Shown: positions 36,773-49,462 of the stretch, one piece after another
How the letters are laid out: each line of letters begins with the position of its first letter
How positions within the stretch are numbered: position 1 is the first letter of the stretch
DNA from: Felis catus
Lineage: Eukaryota
Length of the DNA stretch: 64,000 bases
Assembly (NCBI RefSeq): GCF_018350175.1
Contig: NC_058382.1
Location: 49,230,001-49,294,000 of the forward strand
Reading direction: 5' to 3'
Translations under genes and position numbers: made by a program
Notes under the pieces: model-generated
Told to the model about the DNA's origin: nothing
The model's database searches: none
What the model saw: the letters and a program-made list of their open reading frames with translations, nothing else

Positions 36773-38870
36773 ATATTACTAGAAATGTAATGTTTTGTTG
36801 GGCTTAAGTGTGCGTGTGCGGTGGATTTTTCTTTTAGTTTTCCACTGTTCCTTTAAGAATTTTTCTCTGTGTGATGACTACAATGTAACTACTTAGTATT
36901 TTTTCCAATGTTTTCTTATTGAAACATTTTAAACTGCAGTCCAGCTGAAAGAATCTCCCGTGAACACCCAGTAGTATCTCCACTACCTAAAGTCCTACCA
37001 TTTACATTCCACAGGGTCTTATTGTAAAAGCAATCTTTAAAGCTTTGTATGTATCCACACTAGCTTTTGTCATCAAGAGGTCATATCTACAGGAGTGAGT
37101 TACTAAATAAGTATTAAATTTATTTACTTCCCTTTAAAAAAATTGGGTCTAATTCTCATAGAGTAAAAACAAAAACAAAACAAAACAAAACAAAACAACA
37201 AAAAAACTACTGATCTTAAGTGTGTAGTTTGATAAGTTTTGACAATTACATGCCTCCTGGCAGCCAATGTCCAAGTCAAGATGCAGGACATTTCCATCGG
37301 TCCAGAAAGACCCAGGAATCTTTTTTTAATAAGCTTCTCACTTGATCTTGATGAAGGAAGGTGGGGGCAAAAGCATCCCTGTCCCTTGGCCGGAGGGACG
37401 AGAGTTGGAGATTTACAGCGCTTTGCAAGAAAGATACCAGGTTCCCTGTCAGCAAATACAGCTGTTTCACTGCTCTTCCAGCCTCCGGCCACGGGCTGCG
37501 GACACACTGAGGGTGGGCACACAGGACCCATCCGTGTGCAGAGCTCCAGCGGCAATGCTGCTTTCACCACACCCCTCCCCGCCCCTGCATTCCCCGCTGA
37601 AATCGCTACCATTCCATGACCGCTTGGACACCCACTTTGGACGCCTCCCTCCCTTCCAGTATTGGTGCCTGGGGCCTGTCGCCTGTGTGAGCTTCCCTGA
37701 ACTCCCTCCAGACTCTCGCCACACGACCTCAGGGTCCAGGGCATGCCAGGCAGCCCCAGCCCCTGAAAGTCAGACTGTTTCCCCAGCACCAGCAACATGG
37801 CCCAGAAATGATGCTCAGCCCCTGTCCTGCCCTTTGCTTTCTCTGGTGGAACATGTGACAGCAAAATCCTGGCTGGAATGGAACAGAAGGAAGGCGGTGG
37901 GGGGAGGAAACCCTAATGGTTAAAACCTAAAGAAAAACGAATGATTTCATTGGAACAGAATAAAGCCCTCACATGGACCAAAGTATATCTGTGAATGGTT
38001 GATGTGTGATAAAGGTGTTTTTTCAGCCAGTGGGAAAAACAATTATTTCATAAATCTATTGGGATAACCGGCTGGTCATCTGAAAAATATAAACCTAAAA
38101 TAATCTCTATTTTTTTCCTGATATCAAAAAAATTTCAGGTAGATAATAAATTTAGGCAACTACAAAATCATAAAGTAGAGGTGTCCTTTCTAAGAATGAT
38201 AAGACAATGTTTTATGTTTTAAAGGTTTAATTTTAAAGATTTAAATAGAGAAAAAAACATTAGACAAGTCAAAAGACAAATAACTGAAGGAAATATAGTA
38301 ATACATATGATGGGAAATGGTTAATATCCTTTACATGTAAGGAGTGATTATCAGTCAGTAAGAAAAAGATGCCCCTTGGTTTAATCTCATGCCTAAAATT
38401 TGTCCCTAATGTGTATGCACTGGAAATACTGGGCACCTAGAGACCAGCCACATTGCGGGATCTCTCAGAACTATAGGTCTCTCATCTATGAAATGGGAGA
38501 ATGGATATCTGCCCCACCTACCTTGAGGGTTCAACTAGAAATCTATGAGAAATATCTAGAAAAATGTAAATCACTATACAAATTTGGATGTGTTACTATT
38601 AGCCCTAGAGGCATCGTTATTATCCAAGTGTTCTTTATCTGAGTCCCTGAACATCCAAGTTGCAAAGAATGGCAAAAATCCTCTGAACGTACAGCTATTC
38701 ACAAGTCAACTGACCATTTGTGAATTTGATTCCTGCTCAGATTGACCACCGCCTCCCCCAAATCCCCAGTCTACCTAGGCAAAGTGATGGTTGGGGTTGC
38801 TATCATCTGACAACATACAGTGTTACGAAATGCAAGCTCACTGCAAAGTGAAATTGAAAATCAATGCCAA

Positions 38871-41800
38871 GGGGCACCTGGGTGACTCAGTCAGTTAAGC
38901 GTCTGACTTCAGCTCAGGTCATGATCTCGCAGTTTGTGAGTTCAAGTCCCGCATCGGGCTCTGTGCTGACAGCTCAGAGCCTGGAGCCTGCTTCAGACTC
39001 TGTGTCTCCCTCCCTCTGCCCCTCCCCTGCTCATGCTGTCTCTCTGTCTCTCAAAAATAAGTAAATGGTAAAAATGAAAAAAATTAAAAAAAATTAATGC
39101 CAAAATACAAAGAATTTAATGAAGTCAGTGAAACTGAAGAAAACTGTTTAGCTCACAATTCTGCAAAATAAGAATTTGGCAAAGTTGGGCTGTTTAACGC
39201 TGAAACACAGGTAACCCACAAAGGACGAGGCTCTTCAAAAGAGAATGAATGAATGACCTGTTTATCACAGGATCAAGAAAGATCCTCAGCTCTTAAATAC
39301 TCTAGCTAAAATGACTCTCTTTACGATCATGCTGTGAACAATGTGAAGTTTGGAATGTCCCACTGTCACTTTCATACAGTTTTGTCAGAAAAACCACACA
39401 TGTGCACAAAAAGCACACCGCTTGATTCGGTATTTGCTCAATTAAAGGACCTGCCCACGAATGCAATCTTAATTTTGCTGTCAGGTTAAAATAAACTAAA
39501 ACAATTTTCAGTTTCATTTTTATTTTTTAATTGTTATTAAATTTTTCCTTTTTTAAAAAGTAATCTCCACACCCAATGTGGGGCTCAAACTCATGACCCC
39601 GAGATCAAGAGTTGCATGCTCTACCAACTGAGCCAGCCAGGCACCCCTTCCATTTCATTTTAAAAAATAATCGCTTCCCCTCTCCCAAACCCCTGCTCCA
39701 TTTTCTATGAAAGTTTGGTCTTCATTTAAAGTAGATTCATTTTGGGGCATCTGGGTGGCTCAGTCGGTTAAGCATCCAACTTCGGCTCAGGTCATGATCT
39801 CACTGTTGGTGGGTTTGAGCTCTGTGATGGGCTCTGTGCTGATTGCTCGGAGCCTGGAGCCTGCTTCAGATTCTGTGTCTCCCTCTCTCTCTGCACCTCC
39901 CCTGCTTGCACTCTTCTCTCTCTCTCTCTCTCTCCCTCTCTCTCAAAAATAAACATTAAAAAAAAAAAGTAGATTCATTTCAAGTGACCTTCTTTCCTAG
40001 GAGTCAAAGACTTTCCCATGTAGGTCTAAGGAACAACTGAATTTTTTATGACACCCTGTTTTCCAACCTGCAAAAGCCATTACACTTGGCAGGCCAATGG
40101 GTCTTGCTGGGATAACCACTAAATCAGGTTAGTCTGACCTTTTTCTGGCCTGTGGGGGGTGGTGTACAGGATCACAGAGTCTTGATTCAGCCCCATATAG
40201 GTGACCCTTAATATTCCTCCATAGCAGTCAGTCTCACAGTGGGGGCCTTGAATTGACTTAAAGATTGGAGGTCTATCTTTCATCCTTGTGGATAAATGAG
40301 GCCCGTTTCATAGCCTTTCATTATGATATAAGACTAAGGACTAGATCTTAGGAACTAAGTGGGTTATTATGGACCATTAACATCTGGAACTTATAAAACT
40401 AAAACTAGCCATTACTAGAGATCCCTAAAAACCCTGATTCCACTTTCCAGGGGGAAATCTGAGCATCATGCAATGCTAAGCAATGTTGAGAAGGTTCTAA
40501 TGGGCACAGAAAAAATGTAGAGAACCAGAATTCTACTCCTTTGAAATTCTGTTCCCTTTAAAGGAGAAATTAAGACTACTTCATGTTGGTAATTATCAGT
40601 CAAGCGTGTTGTAGATTGCATGGTTTAGTCTACGTGTGTAGTCACATGTTCTTTATCAACGGAATTTCTGGCTACTAGTTTTCCTATGACAGGACTTTAC
40701 GATGTATCTATAGGAATCAGAGTTCAAATACTTTAAATCCCCCCAAATTGATTATCTGGTACCGGTATTTAAATATTTTGCAATATACAATCAAGACAAG
40801 AAAACAAAGTATTTGGAGAATTATGCTTTACAACAAAAAATCTTAAATCCGAGGTTTATACATCATATCATGCAAGATGAGTGGTGATTAGAGAAGATTG
40901 GGAACTACTGTTCTGAGACACACACTGTAGAGAGATTTGCATGACAAGACACAGGAAAGAGTAAACGGAACTGGAAATCCAGGCAGCCCAGGTCCTGCCT
41001 GAGCACGTCATACAGGCACTTACAGCCACATGGGGCTGGTCACAGCCTTGACAGCAAAGGAGGCTCTTGACTGACATTTTCTTTTCTTTTTTCTTTTTTA
41101 AGTTTATTTATTCATTTTTGAGAGAGAGGGAGAGCGAGCAGGGGAGGGGCAGAGAGAGAGGGAGAGAGAAAGAATCCCAAGCAGGCTCTGCACCATCAGT
41201 GCAGAGCCCCAGGTGGGGCATGAACTCACAAACCACGAGATCATGACCTGAGCTGAAATTAAGAGTCAGATGCTTAACCGACTGAGCCACCCAGGCGCCC
41301 CTTGACTGGGATTGTCTATGGATCACTTCAGGTCTTGTAGGCAGACTCATGGGCATGGGTGAATGGCAGTAGCCTGGTATGGAAGACATTTTGTCAACTC
41401 TCTCTGGCTGAGAATAACTGAGGGCGAAGGCAGAAATGAGTGATTCACTTGATAGCCCTCCATCCTTCCCATCAAACTCCCAACTCTTTTAGCCAAAAAG
41501 AGGAACTGGAAAGAGACTTAACTTTGTAATTCTTGAAGTATCTAGTGTGTGCTAATATTACCACTTTCCTTTCATTTTCATTTTCTTTTTTTAGTTTATT
41601 TAGTTAGAGAGAGAGAGAGAAAACAAGCATGCACAAGTGGGGGAGGGGCAGAGAGAGAGGGAGAGAGAGAATCTCAAGCAGGCGCCGTGCTGTCAGCATG
41701 GAGCCCAATGCGGGGCTCAAGCCCACGAACCGCGCAATCATGCGTGACCTGAGCCCAGATCAAGAGTCAGACAGTCGACCGACTGAGTCACCCAGGCACC
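38871..41800. mobile_element. Can-SINEs: 38871-39095 (+), 39548-39647 (-, short), 39743-39968 (+), 41078-41301 (-), 41581-41800 (-)
   Basis: SINE consensus with TSDs (e.g. aaagtagattcattt; cttgactg). The span also includes non-SINE sequence. Confidence 0.85.
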
Positions 41801-42624
41801 GCCCCCACCTCCCCGCCCCCACCACCCGCTTTCCTTTTCAATAGTGCACATGCCTCAATTTTCCAAGCAGCACAGTCATTCATTTATTCAAACATTGATT
41901 AGTTTCTGTTGGCATTCGTCAGTGTGCTACTGTGTCCTAAAGAGACCCACATGAATCAGACGAGTCCAGTTCTGGGGGTGGGGGTATATAGTTTAGTTGA
42001 GGAGATAAGACACATAGTGAAAATACAGTAAACGAGGATGAACATCATGAGCACTGTAACACAGGTACGGGCAAAGTGCGGGGAGCTCTGTGGAAGCAGC
42101 AGCATTGGAACCAGACTTAAACCGGGTGGCGGTGAGGAGCCCGCGAGGGCTTAGGAATCCTGCTGTAACATGAAAAGGTCCCAGGCGGTAGGGTGTAGGA
42201 AGTACTGGCAGGGAGAGGCCTGCCTGGGAGATTTTGCTGTAAGAATGAGCAGAGCGGGGCTCTGGCCAAAGTAGGGGAGTCGTGGGGAGACATCCTGGAA
42301 GGAAGACCAGGAAATTCATGCGGATCAGTGTGTGGTCTGTGCAAGCCATCCACTCTGTCTTTCTAGTTAGTCCCCGTTTCCCCCTCCTTCTACCGCCCTG
42401 GATTCTCCAGGACAGAATGGGGATAGTTACTGTTCTGAGGAAGGAAAACACAGATAATCTCCCGTAACATAGTGTTGAGGGGAAGCAGCCATCCAGCAGA
42501 GTGCACGTCGTATGATTCCGTTTCAACTGTGCAAATGTTTCTTTGAAATGAGGAGCAAGAGAAATGAGCAACGGAGACTGAGAAGTAACAACCAGGGAGG
42601 GGGGTACAGGTGGCGAGGTAGGTA

Positions 42625-43067
42625 GAGTAACCCCCCTCCCCAGTCTGTGTCCCAACACCTGGAACCTGTGGATATGTTACCTTACATGGCAAAAGGGACT
42701 TCACAGATATGATTAAATTTAGGACCCTGAGATGGGGAGGTTTTCTGGATGATTCTGGTGGGCTTAGTGTGATCACAAGGGTCCTTAGAAGTAAAATATG
42801 GAGGCACGAGAGTCAGAGAAGAGACATGAGAGCAAAGGTTGGGGCAATGCAATTGCTGGGAGGGGGCCACGAGCCAGGGAATACCAGCAGCTTCTAAAAG
42901 TTGGGAAAGGTAAGAAAATGGATTCTTCCCTCGAACCTTCAGAAGGAAATCTGCCCTACTGACTTATTTTTGACTTCTGAACTCTAAACTATGACAGAAT
43001 ACATTCGTGTTGCTTTAAGTCACGGAGTTTATGGCAATTTGTTACAGCAGCCACAGGAAATGATAGT
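42625..43067 (+). mobile_element. MaLR LTR (MLT1D-like)
   Basis: cctggaacctgtggatatgttaccttacatggcaaaagggactt.acagatatgattaa...gaccctgagatggggag...ggcaatttgttacagcagccacaggaaa. Confidence 0.85.
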
Positions 43068-43662
43068 GGAAAACTAAAGGGTGTGGTCTCGGGAAGCCCA
43101 TGAAGAAAGCGTATCAAGGAAGGAAATTGGTGACCACATCAAAAGTTGCTGCCAGGCCAGGTGAGGCAAGGTGCAAACTGGTGACCGGCTTTAGTGAGGC
43201 GAAGGTCCCGATGACCTCGACAAGGGCAGTTTCGGCAGCGGGGTGGGAACTCTGAGTCCTCCTGCACTCAGATATCCTACCCAGTGAGTTACTCAAGCCC
43301 TGGAGCTCTGAATGGCCAGCCTCCAAAGGCTGGCAGAACCACACAAGGCAGAGTCCGAGGACTTCTCAGCCGCTCAGAGATGGGTGCACCCTGTGGCATT
43401 AGGACACGGCACCCAGAGATGCTCAGACATCCGGGTTACCTGACAACAGTGGCTGGGGCATCCGTGTGTGTAAGATGGGGAGGTAGGAACCACCCTTTCC
43501 CAGTTATTAGCCTCTTGACGGCAGGTTCAGAGGGAGGGGAGGATCCTGGCTGGACTATCATAAAAGCTGTAGCTCTCTCATTAGAAAAAGGCACAACCAT
43601 GTATATCCTTTACACACAAATTCATCTCTTTCACCACTCCCAGAAAATGACCCACAGAACCC

Positions 43663-43840
43663 CAGGTGCCTCGGTGGCTCAGTCTGTTAAACATCTGACT
43701 CTTGATTTCGGCTCAGGTCACGACCTCATGGTTTGTGAAATCGAGTCCTGAGTTGGGCTCTGTGCTGACAGCACGGAACCTGCTTGGGATTCTCTTTCCC
43801 CTCTCCCTTCCCCTGTTGTCTCTCAAAATAAATAAATTAA
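43663..43840 (+). mobile_element. Can-SINE
   Basis: ggtgcctcggtggctcagtctgttaaacatctgactcttgatttcggctcaggtcacg...ctctcaaaataaataaa. Confidence 0.88.
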
Positions 43841-44493
43841 TTTTTTTTTAAAAAGGAGAAGCTATTCTTTGGATATTTTCCGAAGTGTGATATCCACTCC
43901 ACCGATGGTACCCAAGATGATTTTAGGGAATACAAGGGATGAGCCTTTCCTACCTTAATAGCTCTCTATTTTAAATAGCATGTAAAACTTGTGATTTCAC
44001 TGGTATTATTGCTTAGGGTGAGTAAATGGTAAAATAAAAAGTGAGTCTACTTAAATATTACATGTAATAGTTCGAGGGGTATACGAATTCAGAAAAAAAA
44101 AAAAAAAACTTGACAGTGACTCATGGATGACACAAGTCCGGGAAACACAGTATCTATGATCTTGCGAGGAGATGTGAACCCAAAGTGCCTTCCTTTCCTA
44201 TTTATTCCTTTTAAATGCTGGTTGCAGCTCAGTAAATGGACCTCATGTGCCACTAACAACATGAGCTCCAGTTGGAAGAGCACTGCTCGTATCTCAGCTT
44301 GGACTGAGCAGCTTGACCCTGTTAGCCCCTGAGGGCCCAGGAGGAGAAGGGGGCCTGACTTCTCTGCTCAGCCGTAGCTCTGTCACTTGCTCAGGGCAGG
44401 CAGCTCAGCTTTCTCAAGTCCAAGACCACGGCCACAGCAGACTTTGTTTCATCCCCACAGTATGTTGGCTCAAACGAGTTTGACTTGTTTTAT

Positions 44494-44545
44494 GTGTGTG
44501 TGTGTGTGTGTGTGTGTGCCTTTGCGTGAGTGTGAATGTGTGTGT
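44494..44545. repeat. (TG)n microsatellite
   Basis: Directly visible. Confidence 0.9.
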
Positions 44546-45559
44546 CGGAGTACCTACGGGTGTGTGAAGGGCTGTGTGGCAAATTGGGGAACAGGGGAAA
44601 CCAAAGGGACCGGGACTTCTCCCTGGAGATTTCACAGCAGAGCCCCAGGACACTCTCCTTCAAGGACCCCTCCAAGGGGCACGATTCAGAAATGAACTCC
44701 AAACAAACAGCTGGGTCATGACATTTCCCTTCCCATCACCCCACCTGGTCCTCACATTACAGAAGCTAGGCTCTGAGCTCAACAGAAGTCAGCATCCATG
44801 GCCTGGCAGGAGGAGAGAAGGGAGGTGAAGAAAGTGATATAGGGGGTGCTTGAAGGGCTTAGCCAGAAAAAAGAACAGAAAGTCTCCGTTCAGGCCTTAA
44901 GAAGAGGGCTTCTCTCAGTACAGGTACAGGTACATTCCAGATTTCTCCTCTGACTACTTTTCTCCCTCAGTTTAAAGACAACATTATACTAGTCTCCAGG
45001 ATAGAAATCTACAGACAAAAGCCGACAGGCCACTGCAGTATGGGGTAAGTACGGCTCCTGGTCAAGTTTGACCATGGGTTTGTGATGCGAACGTGACAAC
45101 CACTACACTACGGAAACTGAGCCATGGGTTTTTAAGTGTGTTATTAGTTTTTAGGTTTTTTTCCCACATCCTCAGACTGGGGCCCAGATATAAAGATGCC
45201 TGCAACATGGCCACATTGGGACCCTTGGGGTAACAGGGGAGTGCAGGGGTAGGAATCAAATTCGGTCGCTGTCTTCTCTGAGTCCTCCCTGAGGGTGAGG
45301 TAGGGCGAAGCAAAGCAAAAGCATGGGGGGTGGGGCCATCTAGGGCAGCTGTTGGGGAAGGGGGGTGGGTTGGGAGTTTGGAGGGTGGCTCCCAGTAGCC
45401 ATCACAAGCCTGGAAGTCTCTAGTATTCCGGTCCCAACCTCTCATTTCCTGCACTCAGCTTCAGTTGTATCCACGGCTAAACCTCTGCCCCTTCAGGACC
45501 TGGCACCAAACGCCAACTTCCAAGATTCAGCTGGGCTCCCATTGCAGAACGCTGAGCCC

Positions 45560-46200
45560 TGGTGCTTTACCTATGAAATCTCTCCAATTCAACCCCGTTC
45601 TGCCCTTGGTCACAGCCACCATCGTGCCTTCTCCTCTTGCCCAGTCCACGCGGTGGCCTCCTGCCTGGCCTCCTCACACCCACTCGGGCTCCCTGCGTTC
45701 CTTTTTGACACTGGAGCCAGGGCGATCTTCCAGAGATGCAAATCTGACCACACCACACCCCTTCCTGAATCCCTTCCCCGGCTTTCTGTCATTTCTTAGA
45801 ATCGAGTCCCAAATCCTGCCCACAACCTAGGAGGCCCTGCATGATGTAGCCCTGGCTGACCTCTGGCCTCCTCCCCCTTCTCTCTCCATGCCCGCCAGCC
45901 TCTGGCCACACTGGATTTACTTCTGTCCCTTGACTGCTGAGACCTTACCCTTCAAAGCCTTCTTGGCACATGCTGTTCCCTCTGTCTGGAATGCTCTTCC
46001 CTCCACCCGTCACCAGGCTAATACCCTATTTATGGGTAGCTCTCAGTCCAAATGTTACTTTCTCAAGAAAGCTCTCCTTCAACTTCTCACCTCCAAATCC
46101 ATATTCTGATAGCACTAGGTAATTAATTACTCTGCAGTTAGTATGTTCCCTCATTAGCCTGTTTGCTCTACGAAGACTGTATTGGTGCTGATGACTGGCG
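45560..46200 (+). mobile_element. L2 LINE remnant
   Basis: gccagggcgatcttccagagatgcaaatctgaccac...cacatgctgttccctctgtctggaatgctcttccc. Confidence 0.65.
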
Positions 46201-47299
46201 CCTCCCCAGGCCTACCCAGCTCAATGCTGATAACCATCAAGGGACCAAGCCAGTGAGTGAAGAAGTGACTGAAGTATTAAACAAGGTGGTCCGGTGCAGA
46301 GCCGCCCGGAACAGTGAGAGGCAAGTCCTTTTATCCAAAGATCTAAAAGCATTTGCTGGGCCCACCCTGAAAGCAAGAGCTAGAAGCAGGGAGCGGCTGT
46401 CAGCGTAATGCCCAAGCACGATGGCCCCGCTGTCACCAATCCTACAGCTGAACCTGGGGAAGGCCCAAGGAGGCAGTTTGCCTCTGGCTCGGCCTACCTG
46501 CAGCCCTGTGGATAGGGGCCATCTCCCATATCCTGAGATCCTTGGGATGGAGATGGAATCGATTTTGCAGCCAGGTACATTTGGCTTTGGTGCTAACTAG
46601 CTCTTTGACTTTGGGCAAATTACAGAGCCTGCTCGAGCCTCAGTTTCCACATCATAAAATAGGGATAACAAATCTACCCCAGGATCAGTTGGAGGTTTAA
46701 CTACCGTAAAGAGGCTGTACCGCATGGCAGCATGCTGTTCACGGTGCTAATCCCCCCTCCTCTAAAAAACTAGCTTAGTCTTGTCATTTCGGTCTTTTGG
46801 ACCCCCATGCCCACATGCAAGACAAGCAATACTGAGGGATGGAAGGACATAGTCCACGCCGGACACTGCCCTAACCTCTAGCGATCCAGGGAAGCCCTAG
46901 TGCCGGAGAGGGCAGCACCAGGAAATCCAAACTGGCTGAGAAGGGTAACGGATCCGTAACTTTTGGAAGCAGGAGCAGGGTGAGGTGGGGAGGGGAGCAC
47001 AGGTGAGGATGAAGCAATTATTCAACAGAAGTGAAGGACGGATGCAAAGGGGGAGAGGCTGATAAGGGAACAGGAAAGAAAGGAAAGATTGAGAGTGTGC
47101 GCGGCTGGTAAAAGGTGATCCAAATTGTCAGATGGCAGGGGCTGCAGAAGGAACAAGTAGGAAGGAGGGAGCAGATAGAAGCCGGTCAGGGGAAATGTTG
47201 GAGAGCAAGGGCAAGTCCTGGTGAGGGGGACCGGTCGTGACCTGTTACCTGGAGAGAAGGGGGAAGCGAAGGTGAGGGCGGAGGCTGTCACCTTGGGTC

Positions 47300-48225
47300 C
47301 TCCTAGAGGGCAGGTGAGCCTGGCTTGCCGGCGAGGGGAGAGTGGGGGAGGGGGGAAGGCGAGTAGAGGGGTGCGACCCCGGGCCGGGTTGTACCTGAGG
47401 GTCTCCTTGCAGCTCGCCCACGTAGTACTGCTCGAGCCAGCGGCGCGCGTTGGCCGAGTGCCGGTGCGGCGGCCCGTCCAGGTCGGCGCTAACATCCTCT
47501 CCAGCCCGCGCCCGCAGCAGCTGCTCGCCCCCCGGGTGGTGCCGCACGAAGCCAGTGAGGTCGTAGAGGCGGGCCCCGCAGCGGACCCAGCAGTCGCCGG
47601 CCGCCAGGCGCCGCTGGACCTCGGCGGGTGAGAAGGAGGCGGCGGGGGGCGGAGCGGGGGCCATGGCGGGAGAGCGGAGCTCGCAGCTGGAAGCCCGGGC
47701 TTCTGCTCGGCGGCAGCCCAGCTTGCTTCTAACATCCCCGGAGCCGCGGCCGCCTTGACGGGCCGGCCGCCACCGCACCTGCTCATTTGCATGCCGCTCT
47801 CCTATTGGCCGCTCGGCCGGACGCTGCTCGAGCCCGGAGGCGCCCTCTTCCCCATTGGCCCGCAGGAAGCTTGGGCGACGCGTGCGGGGCTGGCCACCCG
47901 CTGCGGGGGGAGGAGCGGGGGGCAGCCAGGTGGCCCCGGGCAGGTAGAGGGCGCGCCGGCCAGGTGTGTCCCGTCGCAAGAGATCGAAGGGGACGGGCGG
48001 ATGCAGGCGGAGCAACTCTTCCTGTCGCGGGTGGCTGCCTGGACGGACATCCTCGGTGGCGTGATCGCTACTGGAATAACTCTTCCGCTGCTGTCTTTTT
48101 GGGAGAAATTTGCAGCTTTCGATTCTCAGGCTCCTAGAGGGGGCGAGGAGTCGGGGAGGCAGGGCGAGGACTCGAGTAAGGCGAGTGAGGCTCTGGGCTC
48201 GGACGCCCTCGAAGCCGGTAATCAC
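47300..48225 (-). promoter_or_regulatory. CpG island / FA2H promoter and 5' UTR
   Basis: Very GC- and CpG-dense over exon 1 and about 550 bp upstream. Two CCAAT boxes (ATTGG 47804-47808, 47854-47858), octamer ATTTGCAT 47785-47792, E2-boxes at 47776, 47927 and 47961. No TATA box seen. Confidence 0.88.
47395..47664 (-). CDS. FA2H: FA2H coding exon 1 (codons 1-90), cytochrome b5-like heme-binding domain
   Basis: ATG in strong Kozak context (CCCGCCATGG) at 47664. Translates [90 protein letters not shown] with HPGG (H43) and H69. 270 nt, ending at donor CAG|GTACAA. Confidence 0.98.
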
Positions 48226-49462
48226 AATATATAATATTTTAACGTAATATTTAAAAGATGTTCACAACAACGTGAATGTACGATTTAATACCACTGTACA
48301 CTTAAACATGATTAAGATGGTAACTTTTACATTGTGTATATTTTATCACAATATAGAATCGTTTTTTAAGTCATGTTTTTGTAAATAAAGTTTTATTGGA
48401 ACCAGGGCTAGTGAGGCGAGAGAAGCAAGCTGGTTAAGTGCAGGATTGGATCTTCAATATTTAAATTTCTGGTATTGTGTTCACCGTGGACTTTTTGCAT
48501 TAATTTCAAAGTTTTAAAAACACTGCGTTAAAATATTCTTTATCTTGATTGTGAAGTGTTGTGGGCACAGACATAAATTGTGCACCCAGAGTGACTGCCT
48601 CATTCTAATCTTGTCCTGGGGAGAGGGGGGAGGACCCTGAGGGGAGAACAGAGAATCCAGCTAGCATCTGTCTCTCTCAGGAAGTTATTTTCAGGGTCAC
48701 CTTTGTGCTCTCCTGGGACTGGGCACCTGTGCCCAGCTGGCCCTGTGAGAAAGCCTGGCCCAGAGGCCTTAGGGGCCACCCGAACAGTAGAGGCATCCAA
48801 GCTCAGGACACTTGTCCCTTTCTTCTCTCCCTTCTACTTCTCTCCTGGTGCGTCCTCAGGGAGTAGGCAAGAGTTGGGCTTAGCCTGGGTGGAACCGCTG
48901 TCCAACAGGCCTGGAGGCCTTAGGTCACAAATGTTTTTCTCAAGTGGTGAATGCATAGTCACCCTCACCCCATTTCCACACCTCTTCTGTTCCAAATACC
49001 TTGCCTGTGCAAAAGCAGTCTGCGGGACTTCGCCATTTGCATTTTACACCATTGCCTTAAACACCTGAAGTTGACCAAGTAGTTTAAGGCATCTGCTCAG
49101 AATCGTAACACACTTACCATAGTAATTCCAATGATAGAAATTTGGCCTTACAGATATACTGTATAAGGATGTGTATGTAATAGTATTAATTGCAACACTG
49201 CTTACAGGTTAGAAACAACCCTAGTGTTCATCATAATGGAGGACTAACTGAATAACCGATGATGCATTCACACTGTGAAAGGCTATGTAGCCATTAGGAA
49301 GAACCAGGTAGATCTGTATGTACTGATAGGGAATAATCTCCAGGACATTTTCAGTGGAGAAAAAAAATAGTGTGCATGGTGGGCTACACATTATTTTGCT
49401 ATTTTTAATTCTTTAATCTTTAAAAATATTCTGAAAGCAAACAAAAGAGTGTATGCAAATTT

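Noticed and set aside
13001..44125. Scattered AP-1 heptamers (e.g. 13002, 18870, 19498, 25770)
   Set aside because: The number is about what chance gives for a 7-mer in 64 kb, with no tight cluster.
47665..48225. 187-codon stop-free extension in frame with the FA2H start (ORF 47245..48225)
   Set aside because: It begins at GTG with no in-frame ATG, runs through the CCAAT/octamer promoter and is low-complexity; expected in a CpG island. The annotated ATG has a strong Kozak context.
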